Source: Nannocystis bainbridge (lineage in GTDB: Bacteria; Myxococcota_A; Polyangia; Nannocystales; Nannocystaceae). Taken from it: DNA of 64,000 bases. The translations under genes were made by a program, and so were the position numbers. Positions 11,686 to 21,839 of this stretch are shown here, piece by piece. Location of the stretch: NCBI RefSeq assembly GCF_028368995.1, contig NZ_JAQNDL010000003.1, forward strand, positions 608,001 through 672,000, given 5' to 3'. Numbering within the stretch: the first letter of the stretch is position 1; the number at the start of each line of letters is the position of its first letter. The notes below the pieces were generated by a model. The model was not told the origin of the DNA and did not search any database. It saw nothing but the letters and a program-made list of their open reading frames with translations.

Positions 11686-13443
11686 CTAGCCCGGGGCGAA
11701 CATGTCCCAAAAATCACACTGCTGCGCGCGCACGCCATTGAATAGACCCGGCGGCTCGTCGAGCAGCGCGCCGTTGTCGTCCGCCGCCACGTACGGCGGC
11801 CAGGTCAGGTCCGCGCCGCCCGGATCGCCGGTGGCCGCGAAGCGGGCCCACGCCGCCTGCAGTCGCTGCGAGATCGCCAGGTCGTCCGCGTTCGGCTCGT
11901 ACATCGCCGGCTCCGGGAGCACCGCCCCCCAGGCGGCGAACACGTAGATCAGCTCGAGCCCGTGGAACGCCGCCTTGGTGGCGTTCGGCAGCGCGTCGTA
12001 GCCGTCGTAGGCGAAGTGGTAGCGGAACACCGGCGCGTCCTGGCCGGCGTCGGCCGCCCGCGCGGCCCGGCGCGCCCCGCAGATGAACTTGAGGTCCGAC
12101 GTGAGCGCGACGTAGGCCGCCTGCCCGTCGTCGCCGTAGTCGCCCGCCGGGTACTGCGCCAGCACCATCGCCGCCAGCGGCCCGAACGTCGCGTGCACCA
12201 GCCCCTCGTACTGCGCCACCGTCAGCGGCGGCACCCCCTTGGCCGTCTCGTCGGCGTTGGCCCCGAACACCAGCGGCACCGCGTTATGTGTCCCTTCGGA
12301 CATGGCCTCGAGGGCAGGTTTCGGGATCACCACCCCGTCCACGTGCGGCCCCCAGCCCTGCCCGAGCGCCGCCACGTCGGGGTAGCCGTCGGGCTGCAGC
12401 GACAGGATATCGGCGATCGCCAGGCCGCGCAGGCACGCCGCTGCATCGGGCACCTCCGCGCAGCCCGAGGCCGCGAGCCACGGCCCGGCGATGTCGGCCG
12501 CGTACTTCGCCGGCGCCCGCTCGTTGCACGAGCCGCTCTGCACGATCGCCCGCTGGAACAGCCCCGCCGCCCGCGGCGAGCCGATCAGGCTGCACGTGTT
12601 CACCGCCCCCGCCGACTCGCCGAACAGCAGCACCCGCTGCGGATCGCCGCCGAACCCGGCGATGTTGTCCTGCACCCACCGCAGCGCCAGCACCTGGTCG
12701 AGCAGCCCGTAGTTGCCCGACACCTGCTCCCGCGACTCGGCCGCCAGCGCGTCGGCGGCCAAGAAGCCGAGCGCGCCGAGCCGGTAGTTGAGCGTCACCA
12801 CCACCACGTCCTGCGCGGTCGCCAGCGCCGCCCCGTCGTACAGCGGATCGTCGCTGCCGCCGGTCGCGTTGCCGCCGCCGTGGATGAACACCAGCACCGG
12901 CCGCTGCCCATCGCCGGGCGCCGGCGTCCACACGTTGAGCGTCAGACAATCCTCGTCGCCGAGCATCGCCACGACTTGCCCCTGCCCATCCTTCTCGATC
13001 TGCGGGCAGCGCGGCCCGAGCTCGCTCGCCGGCGTCGGCCCGGCCACGCACATGCGCGGCTCCGGCGGGCGAAACCGCAGCGCGCCGACCGGCGGCTCGG
13101 CGTAGCGGACCCCGCGAAACGCCACGACCTCGGCCAGCTGCTCACCCGCGAGCGCCCCGCCCGTGGTCTTCACGATCGTCGGCCCCGGCGCGACGTCGGC
13201 CCCGCACCCGCTCGGCCCGACGCCCGTCGTGTCGGTCGACGCCTCGCCCGTCAGCGCGGTCGTCGTGCCCGCCGCGGTCGAATCACCGGAAGTCGTCGGT
13301 ACGCCCGGATCGTCGGAGCCCCCGGGCGCGCTCGCCGTCGTCGACGCGATCGCCAGCGAATCATCGGTCCCGCTGCTCGAGGCCGCCGTGCTGCACCCGA
13401 GCACCGAGGCCACCACCGCCGCCCACCCCTCGCGCCTCACCAT
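11686..13443 (-). CDS. Carboxylesterase type B, probable lipoprotein
   Basis: EDCLTLNVW, HGGG, NYRLG, GESAG nucleophile, FHGLE His; LGC lipobox followed by a Ser/Thr stalk. Confidence 0.93.
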   Translation of the reverse strand: MVRREGWAAVVASVLGCSTAASSSGTDDSLAIASTTASAPGGSDDPGVPTTSGDSTAAGTTTALTGEASTDTTGVGPSGCGADVAPGPTIVKTTGGALAGEQLAEVVAFRGVRYAEPPVGALRFRPPEPRMCVAGPTPASELGPRCPQIEKDGQGQVVAMLGDEDCLTLNVWTPAPGDGQRPVLVFIHGGGNATGGSDDPLYDGAALATAQDVVVVTLNYRLGALGFLAADALAAESREQVSGNYGLLDQVLALRWVQDNIAGFGGDPQRVLLFGESAGAVNTCSLIGSPRAAGLFQRAIVQSGSCNERAPAKYAADIAGPWLAASGCAEVPDAAACLRGLAIADILSLQPDGYPDVAALGQGWGPHVDGVVIPKPALEAMSEGTHNAVPLVFGANADETAKGVPPLTVAQYEGLVHATFGPLAAMVLAQYPAGDYGDDGQAAYVALTSDLKFICGARRAARAADAGQDAPVFRYHFAYDGYDALPNATKAAFHGLELIYVFAAWGAVLPEPAMYEPNADDLAISQRLQAAWARFAATGDPGGADLTWPPYVAADDNGALLDEPPGLFNGVRAQQCDFWDMFAPG

Positions 13444-13519
13444 GGCCCCCAGGATGTCCGGACCCACGCGCGCACACAAGCGCCACGGACTCACCGGGTG
13501 CACGCGCGCCGAGGCCCGC

Positions 13520-13837
13520 TCACATCAACGAGCCGGCGCGCGCCGTGCAAGACCACGTGCCGAAGAACGTGTACTCGCGCTTGCACTCCGCCAGGAACGG
13601 CCCGCCCTTGGTCTGGAACTGGTACGTGCGGCCGGTGACGCCCGTCGAGTGGCCGTTCGGCTCGGCGTCGCCCTTCAGCTCGCACGCCTCCGGCGTCTGG
13701 CCGATCGCCTTGCACACCGCGTTGCGCGCGTCCCCCTGCGTCTCGCGGAAGTTCTGCGCGTTCACGTAGCCCTGATAGCCGATGAACAGCGACGCCGCGA
13801 AGATGAAGTACCAAAGGAATTGGCGCATGACGGGCAT
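13520..13837 (-). CDS. Small hypothetical membrane-anchored protein with 4 Cys
   Basis: N-terminal TM helix; natural codon bias. Confidence 0.7.
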   Translation of the reverse strand: MPVMRQFLWYFIFAASLFIGYQGYVNAQNFRETQGDARNAVCKAIGQTPEACELKGDAEPNGHSTGVTGRTYQFQTKGGPFLAECKREYTFFGTWSCTARAGSLM

Positions 13838-13897
13838 GCTCGCACATCGCCCGCGCCCGCGACAGCCCCCTGAACCGCGCTCGCCGCGGCGGCGGAC

Positions 13898-14962
13898 TCA
13901 GAAGCGGACCGTCATCCGCAGCGTGCCCAGCAGATACCCCGGCGTGAGGTTCAGCGACTTCAGCTCGCTGAAGCGGACGTTGTAGCGGAACTGGGCCCCG
14001 AAGCTGAAGTGCCGCCGCACCAGCAGATCGACGGCCAGCCCGAGGTACATCTCGCCGATGGTGGTGACCTCGCAGACCTTCGCGGCGCTGCACTTCAGGC
14101 CCACGTCGCACCCACCGTTGGCCATGCAAGCTTCGCCGCGCTGCCCCGTCACCCCGCCGGTCGGCGTCACCACCCGCAGGCCCGCCACCCCGACCTCGAT
14201 GAGCGGCAAGAACCGCCCGAGGTCGAGCGCGAACACCGGCCCGGCCCCGTACCCCATCACGTGGATCGTGCCCGGCGGCGCCGTGCGCACGACCTCCATC
14301 TCGACCTGCACCCGCTCCTCGCCGACCGGGTGCCCCGAGTACATGCCGATCGCGCGGACCCAGATCCAGCGATACGCCTGCACGTCGAACTCGGCGCTGA
14401 CGCCGGCCCCGTGGATCCGCTGCGGCTGGTTATTGACGAGCCGCCCCTGGAACGGCAGCCGCAACATCGCGTAGGCGGGCGCCAGCGTCAGCGCGAACCG
14501 CCGCCGCGCCGACCATCCCTGACGAATGTCGGGTCGCGTGCGCGGCGGGTGCGTGGCGATCTGGTTGTTCGGCGCGCGCATGAACGGCGCGTCGTTCGGA
14601 TCGCTCGGCACCGGCGGCAGCTCGTCCCCGGCCACCCGCGGACTTTTTCCAGGCGCAGCGCCAGCGTTCGCGCCACCGCGTGAAGTGCCACCATTCGCGC
14701 CCGCGTTCCCCTGCGGAGCCACCCCGTTCGCGCCCGGCGGGCCCGAGGCGCCTCCGTCCGCTGGAGCTGGCGGCTCGCTCGTCTGCGGCTTCGTTTCACT
14801 CGCGCGCGGCCCCTCGTCGGGCTTGGCTTCCTGCCTCTCGCCCTCGGTCACCGGCGGCTCCCACGGCGGCAGTTCGCTCGCCCGAGCCGCCCCGGCCGCT
14901 CCCAGCGCGAAGACCAGCGCGAGCCCGAGCTGCACGGATCCCTGTGTGCGCACGCCGGGCAA
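13898..14962 (-). CDS. Putative outer-membrane beta-barrel protein
   Basis: Signal peptide, Pro/Gly linker, amphipathic strands, C-terminal ...LRMTVRF; Cys-rich loop. Confidence 0.7.
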   Translation of the reverse strand: MPGVRTQGSVQLGLALVFALGAAGAARASELPPWEPPVTEGERQEAKPDEGPRASETKPQTSEPPAPADGGASGPPGANGVAPQGNAGANGGTSRGGANAGAAPGKSPRVAGDELPPVPSDPNDAPFMRAPNNQIATHPPRTRPDIRQGWSARRRFALTLAPAYAMLRLPFQGRLVNNQPQRIHGAGVSAEFDVQAYRWIWVRAIGMYSGHPVGEERVQVEMEVVRTAPPGTIHVMGYGAGPVFALDLGRFLPLIEVGVAGLRVVTPTGGVTGQRGEACMANGGCDVGLKCSAAKVCEVTTIGEMYLGLAVDLLVRRHFSFGAQFRYNVRFSELKSLNLTPGYLLGTLRMTVRF

Positions 14963-15202
14963 TCCTGCGCCAGGCTACCACGTCGCCGCCCCACCGGTGA
15001 GTTGTCACCTTACCCACATATCACACCTTAACTTACCAAACCCGCCAAACGCCCCTGCGACCGCCTGGAGGCCCGAATCGGCAGCATCACCCCTTCATCA
15101 AACTCGCCCGCGACACCCACGGCCAGCCACGAGGCGCGACCCCCGACCCGCCCGTCGAGCGCCGAGAGTACAGTCGAAAATTACCGGCGAGATCCAAGAG
15201 TA

Positions 15203-15290
15203 CATGCTCGAAAGGACATTACCTCGAGAACATGTCTATCATAACATTTCCCCAAAGACATGCCCTCGAAGACATGTCCTTATGACCTTA
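15203..15290. repeat. 14-bp-phased CAT array (6 cores)
   Basis: CAT at 15203, 15217, 15231, 15245, 15259, 15273. Confidence 0.85.
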
Positions 15291-15370
15291 CCCTCTCCCG
15301 CATCGTCCACGTCGTCGGCAGCGCGCGAGCATGCCTTCATGCATCACCGGCCGACCTCGAGACGCCCCCG

Positions 15371-17581
15371 TCACCGGTCGCCCACGCACACCGCCGCCCC
15401 GTGCCACGGCGTGCAGCGCCCGTGCGCGCACGGGTTGTCCGCGTCGCACGGCGAGAAGCAGGCGTTGCTGGCGAACGCGTGCACCTGTCCTTCTGGACAC
15501 ATCGGTGCGAACAGCGGATCATGGCGCACGCACCCCAACAGCGCCTCGCACCCGTCCTTCACCTTCGCCGCCTGCCCCGCCTTGCACACGGCATACAGCG
15601 CGGGGTCGCCCCACATCGCGTCGCACGTGTCGCAGCCGCACAGCTCGTCCGGCGGCTGCGTGAACGTCAGCCGCCGCTCCGGCTCGTCCCGCAGCGCCAC
15701 CACCTCCGTCACCAGCCGCGCCCCCTGCCAGCGGATCCGCAGCTCGCCCGCCCCGTCGAGCCGGTGCAGCTTCGCGGTCAGCGGCGCGCCGATCGCCAGC
15801 GGCGTCACCAGCGTCATCCCCGTCGCCGTCGTCATCCGCATCGCCGCCGGCGAGCCGCCCTCGATCACCTCGATCTCGCGCACCGGCTCGACATCGTCGG
15901 CGGCCGACAGCCGCAGCTTGAGCCACCCGCCGAGCTGCTGCACCGTGCCCGTCGCCCACGCCGCTTCGCCGAGCTCGACCGCCTGCGCCCCGTCCCACGC
16001 CAGCTGCGTCGGCGCGTAACGCATCCCTTCGGGCAGGCCCGGCGCGGGCACCGGCGGCGGAAGTGGCCGCGCCAGCCGCTCGCCCAGCGCCTCGGCCAGC
16101 GCCGCGTGCCCGCGCGCCGTCATGTGGATGTCACGATCGAGGAACGCCCCCGGCTGGGCCGCGCGCAGGGCCGCGGTCGCGTCGAAGCTGCGGATCCGCA
16201 GGTCCTCCGCGTTCGCCACCAGGTCACCGAGCAGCACCTGCGACGGCCGCATGTCGGGCCCCTGCTCGACCCCGTACTTGGCCCACTCGCCGGCGTCGAC
16301 CTGCACGTCGAACGGCAGCGCCACCACCACCAGCTCCGCCCCGTGCGCCGCGCACAGCGCCTTGAACTCGGCCAGGTACGCCGCGAACACCGACTGCGGC
16401 CGCGACCGCGGCGCGCTGCGCTCCAGCTCGGCCAGCACCGCCTCGCGCGAGTCGACCAGCGTCGCCGCGGCCGCCTGCAGCTCGCGCAGCCGGGCCGCCT
16501 GCTGTTTGGCGAACTTGCGCTGCTGCTTCTTGTAGTCGTCGCGCCGCGCCACTGCCTCGCGGATCAGCTCCGCCGTCACCTCGAGCGACCGCCCGCTCTC
16601 CGCCAGCTTCTCGTTGCTGACGATGTCACCCGGCCGACCCGCCGCGATCTGCTGCCAGAACTCCGACGGCTCGGCATACAGCAACTCGTCCTCCAGCGCC
16701 CGCAGCTGGTCTCGCTGCTCGCGCAGCGGCTGACCGAGCGCGTCGACCTGCGCGCGCGAGGCCCCGCGCCGCACCTCGTGCTCCGCCGCCACCGCGGCCT
16801 GCTGCGCCTGCGTAAGCACGCTCGCGTGCACGAGGTCCTGCCAGCCGCCCTCCGACGGCGTCCCCGGATCGAGCGGCCGCCCCCCCGCGTCGTCGCTCTC
16901 GGGCGCGCCCGCCGAGCCGCGCGCGTGCAGCCACCGGCGCACCGCGTACACCGCGTGCGAGCGCGACATCAGCCATGCGCGCCCCGGGAACTGCGGCATC
17001 TCGGCGGGCGCCGTCTCGCGGCGCACCGCCCAGCCGTCCCACACCGCGTGGCGCTCGGTGTTCGGCCGCTCGAGCTCGAACGGATCGTTGACGAAGTTGA
17101 GCACCACCACCACCGTCGCCGGCTTGCGCGACGTCAGCAGCTCGCGCGCCACCTCGAGGTACTCGCGCGGCCCGTAGGTCGGCACCCCCGCGTTGATCAC
17201 CGGCCGACCTGTCCTTTCGGCCAGCCCCACCGAGAACGTCTCGTCGTCCGCGACCCCGAGCCCGAACACCTGCGAATCGCCGACCACCACGATCTCGCCC
17301 GCCTGCGGCGCCGGCCACTCGGGCCCGCGGTAACCGCTGGCATTGACGTGAATCGAGGTCCGCGGGTTGGGCGGCAGCCGGAACTCCATCGCCGCCCCCG
17401 GCTGCAGCCGCACCCCGAGCTGCGGATCGGCGACATAGAAATTCACGTGCGGAAATGCCCACTCGTCGCGCATCGCGAATGCGCACTCGGTGGCCACCAG
17501 CCCCAGCCCCAGCCCGACCGCGATCTGGCCCGCGATCACGAGCCTTCGACGACGAACAGCGGGGCGCGGATCGGTGGCCAT
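15371..17581 (-). CDS. SGNH/AlgX-like hydrolase or acetyltransferase with Cys-rich C-terminus
   Basis: GDSQVFG block I, NAGVPTYG block II, FVND, DIHMTARGH (DxH); N-terminal TM. Confidence 0.8.
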   Translation of the reverse strand: MATDPRPAVRRRRLVIAGQIAVGLGLGLVATECAFAMRDEWAFPHVNFYVADPQLGVRLQPGAAMEFRLPPNPRTSIHVNASGYRGPEWPAPQAGEIVVVGDSQVFGLGVADDETFSVGLAERTGRPVINAGVPTYGPREYLEVARELLTSRKPATVVVVLNFVNDPFELERPNTERHAVWDGWAVRRETAPAEMPQFPGRAWLMSRSHAVYAVRRWLHARGSAGAPESDDAGGRPLDPGTPSEGGWQDLVHASVLTQAQQAAVAAEHEVRRGASRAQVDALGQPLREQRDQLRALEDELLYAEPSEFWQQIAAGRPGDIVSNEKLAESGRSLEVTAELIREAVARRDDYKKQQRKFAKQQAARLRELQAAAATLVDSREAVLAELERSAPRSRPQSVFAAYLAEFKALCAAHGAELVVVALPFDVQVDAGEWAKYGVEQGPDMRPSQVLLGDLVANAEDLRIRSFDATAALRAAQPGAFLDRDIHMTARGHAALAEALGERLARPLPPPVPAPGLPEGMRYAPTQLAWDGAQAVELGEAAWATGTVQQLGGWLKLRLSAADDVEPVREIEVIEGGSPAAMRMTTATGMTLVTPLAIGAPLTAKLHRLDGAGELRIRWQGARLVTEVVALRDEPERRLTFTQPPDELCGCDTCDAMWGDPALYAVCKAGQAAKVKDGCEALLGCVRHDPLFAPMCPEGQVHAFASNACFSPCDADNPCAHGRCTPWHGAAVCVGDR

Positions 17582-17643
17582 GCGCGGCGCCAACGCCCGG
17601 CGGGGCGCGGCGGCTCACCGTAACATCGACCCGCCCGCGCCTC

Positions 17644-18663
17644 CTACGGGCAATTCATCGAAGTCACCATCTGCCCCTTCGTCGGCACCCCGCACTCGAC
17701 GAAGCTGAGCGGGATCGACTGGCATTTGCTCTGCCCGCAATTCTCCTGCCGCATCACGTGCGCGTGCCGCCCCGTCGAATAGCCGGTCGAGCCCGACAGC
17801 CCGATCGTCTGCCCGCGCTTCACCACCTGCCCGAGCGTCACCTGGACCTCGTTGAGGTGCTTGTAATAGCTCGACGTATTGTCGCCGTGCAGGATGACCA
17901 CCAGGTTGCCGTACGGCCCGCACTCCGGCCCGCCGCCGTTGTAGCAGGGGTCGCCGGGCCCGGTCTCGGCGAAGATGTGGTGGACCGTGCCGTCGGCCAT
18001 CGCCAGCAGCGGCGTGTTGAGCCCGAGCCCGAAGTCGAACGCGTAGAAGTCCTTGCCCTGGTGGCTGACCCCGCCGTCGTTGCCCTGCGTCACCTTGACC
18101 GACATCCCGCACGCCAGCGGCAAGTAGAACCCGTCCGGCGCCGCCGGCTTCTCGTCGAGCGTACAGGACACGAAGTTCGAGAACACGAAGCCGTCGGGCT
18201 CGGCGATCTGATACCAGAGCGAGTTGCCGTCGATCGTCTCGCCCGCGACCGCCGCGACCGTGTCGACCAGCGCCCCGTTCGCCAGCGTCGCCACCGCGTC
18301 CTCGGCCGTCGACGGCGACGGACGCACGTTCAGCACCTCGCCCGCCGGCACCATCACCCGCAGCCGCGGGCACTCGGCCAGCGGATCGCCGGTGGTGCCC
18401 GTCGTCGTCGTCGTCGTCGACTCGATCTCGCCGTCGCTCGTGCTCGTCGACTCGCCCGTCGCGCCCGAGGTCGGCGGTCCCGTCATCCACGCGTCGGTGA
18501 CCGGCCCCGGGCCCTCGCCGCCGCTCGTCGTGCCATCCTCGCCCGTGGTCGTCAGCGGCCCGGGGAACGTCGTCGTCGGCTGTCCGCCCGTGAAGAGGAG
18601 CTGCTGAGAATCACCGCATGCGGCGATCGTGAGGGCGAGCAACCAACGGCGTTCGAGGCGCAT
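17644..18663 (-). CDS. M23 family metallopeptidase with SH3-like domain, lipoprotein
   Basis: IAAC lipobox; LNVRPSPST SH3b-like; H...AFDF, YGN, YKHL, SGSTGYSTGRHAH. Confidence 0.9.
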   Translation of the reverse strand: MRLERRWLLALTIAACGDSQQLLFTGGQPTTTFPGPLTTTGEDGTTSGGEGPGPVTDAWMTGPPTSGATGESTSTSDGEIESTTTTTTGTTGDPLAECPRLRVMVPAGEVLNVRPSPSTAEDAVATLANGALVDTVAAVAGETIDGNSLWYQIAEPDGFVFSNFVSCTLDEKPAAPDGFYLPLACGMSVKVTQGNDGGVSHQGKDFYAFDFGLGLNTPLLAMADGTVHHIFAETGPGDPCYNGGGPECGPYGNLVVILHGDNTSSYYKHLNEVQVTLGQVVKRGQTIGLSGSTGYSTGRHAHVMRQENCGQSKCQSIPLSFVECGVPTKGQMVTSMNCP

Positions 18664-18787
18664 GCTCCCGGGTTACCGGATCACTCGCGCGTTTTCAAGC
18701 GTGGATGAATCCTTATCGAGTCGACGACGCGCCCGGGTCCATCGCCGCGTGCTCGCCGGGCCCCGTGTTAGGCTCCGCGGCCTCGGG

Positions 18788-19612
18788 ATGCTCGCACCAC
18801 AGCGATTTTTCATCACCGGATGTGCCAGCGGCATCGGTCGGCACGCCGCCGACGTCCTCCTCGCGGCCGGCCACACCGTATTCGCCACCGACGTCCGGCT
18901 GGAGCCGCTGCAGGACTTCGCCGCCGCCCGCGAATGGCCGGTCCAGCGGGCTCACTGTCGCGGCCTCGACGTGCGCGACCCAGTCGCCTGGGAGGCCGTG
19001 TTCGGCGAGGCCGCGCGGGTCATGGGCGGCGTCGACGTCATGCTCAACGTCGCCGGCTACCTCAAGCCCGGTTACTGCCTCGAGGCCGACCCCCTCGAGG
19101 TCGATCGCCACTTCGACATCAACACCAAGGGCGTCGTGCACGGCACCCGCATCGCCGCCCAGCACATGGTCGCGCGCGGCCGCGGCCACATCATCAACGT
19201 CGCCTCGCTCGCCAGCCTCGCCCCCGTCCCCGGCATCGCCCTCTACAGCGCCTCCAAGTACGCCGTGCGGGCCTTCTCGCTGGCCGCCGCGCAGGAGCTG
19301 CGACCCCGCGGCGTCGCCCTCACCGTCGTCTGTCCCGACGCCGTGCGCACCCCCATGCTCGACCTCCAGCTCCACTACGGCGAGGCCGAGCTGACCTTCT
19401 CCGGCTCGCGCCTCCTCACCCCCGACGACGTCGTCCGGGCGATCGTCGACGACGTCCTGCCGCGCCGCCCGCTGCTGCTGGCCCTGCCGCGCTCGCGCGC
19501 CTGGCTGGCCCGGATCGCCGACCTGTTCCCGCGCACCTCGCACTGGATCGAGCCGCTGCTGCGCAGGATCGGCCGCAACCGCCAGCGACGCATGCGCGGC
19601 GAGCCGAACTGA
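18788..19612 (+). CDS. SDR family oxidoreductase
   Basis: TGCASGIG, NVAG, YSASK. Confidence 0.93.
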   Translation: MLAPQRFFITGCASGIGRHAADVLLAAGHTVFATDVRLEPLQDFAAAREWPVQRAHCRGLDVRDPVAWEAVFGEAARVMGGVDVMLNVAGYLKPGYCLEADPLEVDRHFDINTKGVVHGTRIAAQHMVARGRGHIINVASLASLAPVPGIALYSASKYAVRAFSLAAAQELRPRGVALTVVCPDAVRTPMLDLQLHYGEAELTFSGSRLLTPDDVVRAIVDDVLPRRPLLLALPRSRAWLARIADLFPRTSHWIEPLLRRIGRNRQRRMRGEPN

Positions 19613-19618
19613 TCACCA

Positions 19619-19685
19619 CCTGTCCCGCGAGACACCTCGACATGGCCCACGGGACAGCCCATCAAAACATGTCCCGAGAGACAGA
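19619..19685. repeat. 14-bp-spaced motif cluster
   Basis: Core pairs 19619/19633, 19641/19655, 19668/19682. Confidence 0.65.
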
Positions 19686-19700
19686 TCGCGTGAGCCCGCC

Positions 19701-20180
19701 ATGACCACCGACAAGCGCAACACCCCGATCGTCGCCGCCGAGGCCGCGCCGCGCGTGCGGCCCAGCGTCTACCCGCCCGAGTTCGCCCGCCGGGTCGAGG
19801 GCCGGATCAAGCGGCCGCTCGGCGACCTGTTCGGCCTCGTCAACTTCGGCGTCAACCACACCCGCCTGTCGCCCGGCTCGTGCAGCGCGCTGCGGCACGC
19901 CCACACCCGCCAGGACGAGTTCGTCTACGTGCTCGAGGGTCGCCCGACCCTCGTCACCGACGCCGGCGAGTTCGAGCTCGAGCCTGGCATGTGCATCGGC
20001 TTCCCGGCCGGCTCCGGCGAGGCGCACCACATCCTCAACCTCACCGAGCACGACGTCGTCCTGCTCGAGGTCGGCGACCGCAGCCCCGGCGACGCCGTCA
20101 GCTATCCGACCGACGACCTCGTCGGCATCTTCGAGAACGGCCGCTGGCATTTCACCCGCAAGGACGGCTCGGCCTACTGA
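19701..20180 (+). CDS. Cupin domain protein
   Basis: GLVNFGVN...SALRHAH..QDEFVYVLEG...AHHILN. Confidence 0.92.
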   Translation: MTTDKRNTPIVAAEAAPRVRPSVYPPEFARRVEGRIKRPLGDLFGLVNFGVNHTRLSPGSCSALRHAHTRQDEFVYVLEGRPTLVTDAGEFELEPGMCIGFPAGSGEAHHILNLTEHDVVLLEVGDRSPGDAVSYPTDDLVGIFENGRWHFTRKDGSAY

Positions 20181-20298
20181 GACGCCCTCGCCCGCATGTC
20201 CCCGAGGACATCTCCCGACGACCATGGCCGCCACCCGCGCGCCCGAAAGCTCGAAGGCCGTCCGACCCGCGGAGCGGGAGGGACGGCCTCGAATGTTG

Positions 20299-20385
20299 CG
20301 GAACGGGAGGGATTCGAACCCTCGGTAGAGTTTCCCCTACACAGGTTTAGCAAACCTGCGCCTTCAGCCACTCGGCCACCATTCC
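20299..20385 (-). tRNA. tRNA-Ser(GCT)
   Basis: Acceptor GGAATGG/CCGTTCC, anticodon arm CAGGT-TT-GCT-AA-ACCTG, long variable arm, GGTTCGAATCC; CCA not encoded. Confidence 0.96.
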
Positions 20386-20557
20386 ATGCGCAGTCAGGTT
20401 GTCGGACGCCGCGTCCCAGGGGGGCCCGCGGGGTCTCGGAACCTAGCCGCATCGCTCGCCGGTTGCAAGGGTCCGGGGCACCCGCCAAAATCACACCCCG
20501 ACCGACAGCACAGCGGCGCCTTGTGAGATCTGGCCGCCCCCGCCACACTCAGCGCGA

Positions 20558-21316
20558 GTGTCTCCCGCCGCCACCGATCGGATCTCGGTCATCGCCAGCG
20601 AGATCGTCACCGCGGTCGGCTGCTTCGCCGCCGGCCTGGTGCTGATCCTGGGGATCCCCGGCGTCGCCGACGGCCTGCGCGCCGCCTTCGCCGCGCTGTT
20701 CGGCCAGCCGGTGCTGCCGCCGGACCAGGCCAAGATTGCCCTGTCGATGGCGCTGACCCCGATCGCCACCCTGTGCGGCGCCTTCCTTTACGACCGCCTC
20801 GGCCGCTTGTTCGATCCCGGCCCGCTGCCCCCGCTCGTGCCGGCCGCGCAGCAGCCCCGCCTGCCCCGGGCCGCGACGATCTCCCTCGTCTACCTCTGCA
20901 CCGCCGTGGTCGGCAGCTACGCCCTCGGCTTCCTCATGCAGCTGCTGGGCGCCCCGATCGCCGAGCAGCGGCTGGTCCTCGACCTCGTCGCCGCCGGCGG
21001 CCCCGCCCTCGCCAGCCTGGTGTTCTCGGCCCTCGCGCTGGCCCCGCTCGGCGAGGAGCTGTTCTTCCGCGGCCTCGTGTTCCGCCGGATCGCTCACCGC
21101 GCCGGCATGTGGCCCGCGCTCGTCACCTCGTCCCTGCTGTTCGCCGTCTTCCACGGCAACCTCCAGGGCCTCGTCGTCTATCTCTGGCTCGGGCTGGTGT
21201 TCGCCGGGGTCTACGCGGCCACCGGGCGGCTGTCCTGCGCCGTCGCCGTGCATTTCGGCAACAACGCCATCACCTTGCTGACCCTGCTGGCCCCGCGGGG
21301 CGACGGGGCGACCTGA
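20558..21316 (+). CDS. CPBP (Abi/CAAX) intramembrane metalloprotease
   Basis: EELFFRG, FAVFH and HFGNN motifs; multi-TM. Confidence 0.92.
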   Translation: MSPAATDRISVIASEIVTAVGCFAAGLVLILGIPGVADGLRAAFAALFGQPVLPPDQAKIALSMALTPIATLCGAFLYDRLGRLFDPGPLPPLVPAAQQPRLPRAATISLVYLCTAVVGSYALGFLMQLLGAPIAEQRLVLDLVAAGGPALASLVFSALALAPLGEELFFRGLVFRRIAHRAGMWPALVTSSLLFAVFHGNLQGLVVYLWLGLVFAGVYAATGRLSCAVAVHFGNNAITLLTLLAPRGDGAT

Positions 21317-21422
21317 GCCAGACTTGTGATGTAGCGCTCGTTTTAATCGCGCGGAAGTTCTTGCTCCCGGCCCGGGCCCCTGGTAGGTTTCGCCGCCCCT
21401 GCACCACACGTGCCGGGGTTTT

Positions 21423-21496
21423 GCATCCGTAGCTCAGTTGGATAGAGCGTCGGTCTACGGAACCGAAAGTCGTAGGTTCGAATCCTTCCGGATGCG
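21423..21496 (+). tRNA. tRNA-Arg(ACG)
   Basis: GCATCCG/CGGATGC acceptor, AGCTCAGTTGGATAGAGC D arm, TCGGT-CT-ACG-GA-ACCGA anticodon arm, GGTTCGAATCC; CCA not encoded. Confidence 0.96.
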
Positions 21497-21500
21497 CAGC

Positions 21501-21535
21501 GAGAGGGGCCCCCACCGGGGCCTCTCTCGCTTTCT
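21501..21535 (+). terminator. Hairpin terminator after tRNA-Arg
   Basis: GAGAGGGGCCCC-cacc-GGGGCCTCTCTC followed by gctttct. Confidence 0.7.
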
Positions 21536-21671
21536 GCGTCTGCAGATCTTCCCGCCGAGGCCGCCGCGAGGGTCGACGCCTGCTCGACGCGGCGTCGGCT
21601 CGCCGGTCGATCGTCCGCGAGCCGGCGACCTCGGCCGCGCCGGTCCGCGGCCCCCGCCTGTCGCGCCGGAG

Positions 21672-21717
21672 CATGAATCTTCGGACATGTCCCTTCAGAC
21701 ATGCCTGAAGGGTCATC
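21672..21717. repeat. 14-bp-phased CATG array (4 cores)
   Basis: Cores at 21672, 21686, 21700, 21714. Confidence 0.8.
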
Positions 21718-21839
21718 CCTCTTCGCTCCAGCCCGGTCGCGATGATGTCACCTGGGGCGAGGCCCGCGCGGCCCGTGGGGGCCATTTGCCCACTGGCGCG
21801 CGTCCTTGCCCCGGTGGTAGATCGTCGCGCACACCGCCT

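Noticed and set aside
21470-21490. tRNA-Arg pseudogene because of a T-T mismatch in the T stem and no encoded CCA
   Set aside because: A single mismatch is tolerated, all other arms are intact, and CCA can be added post-transcriptionally; tRNA-Ser also lacks it
20299-21496. Genomic island or prophage integrated at the tRNAs
   Set aside because: No integrase, no duplicated tRNA 3' end seen, and no compositional shift
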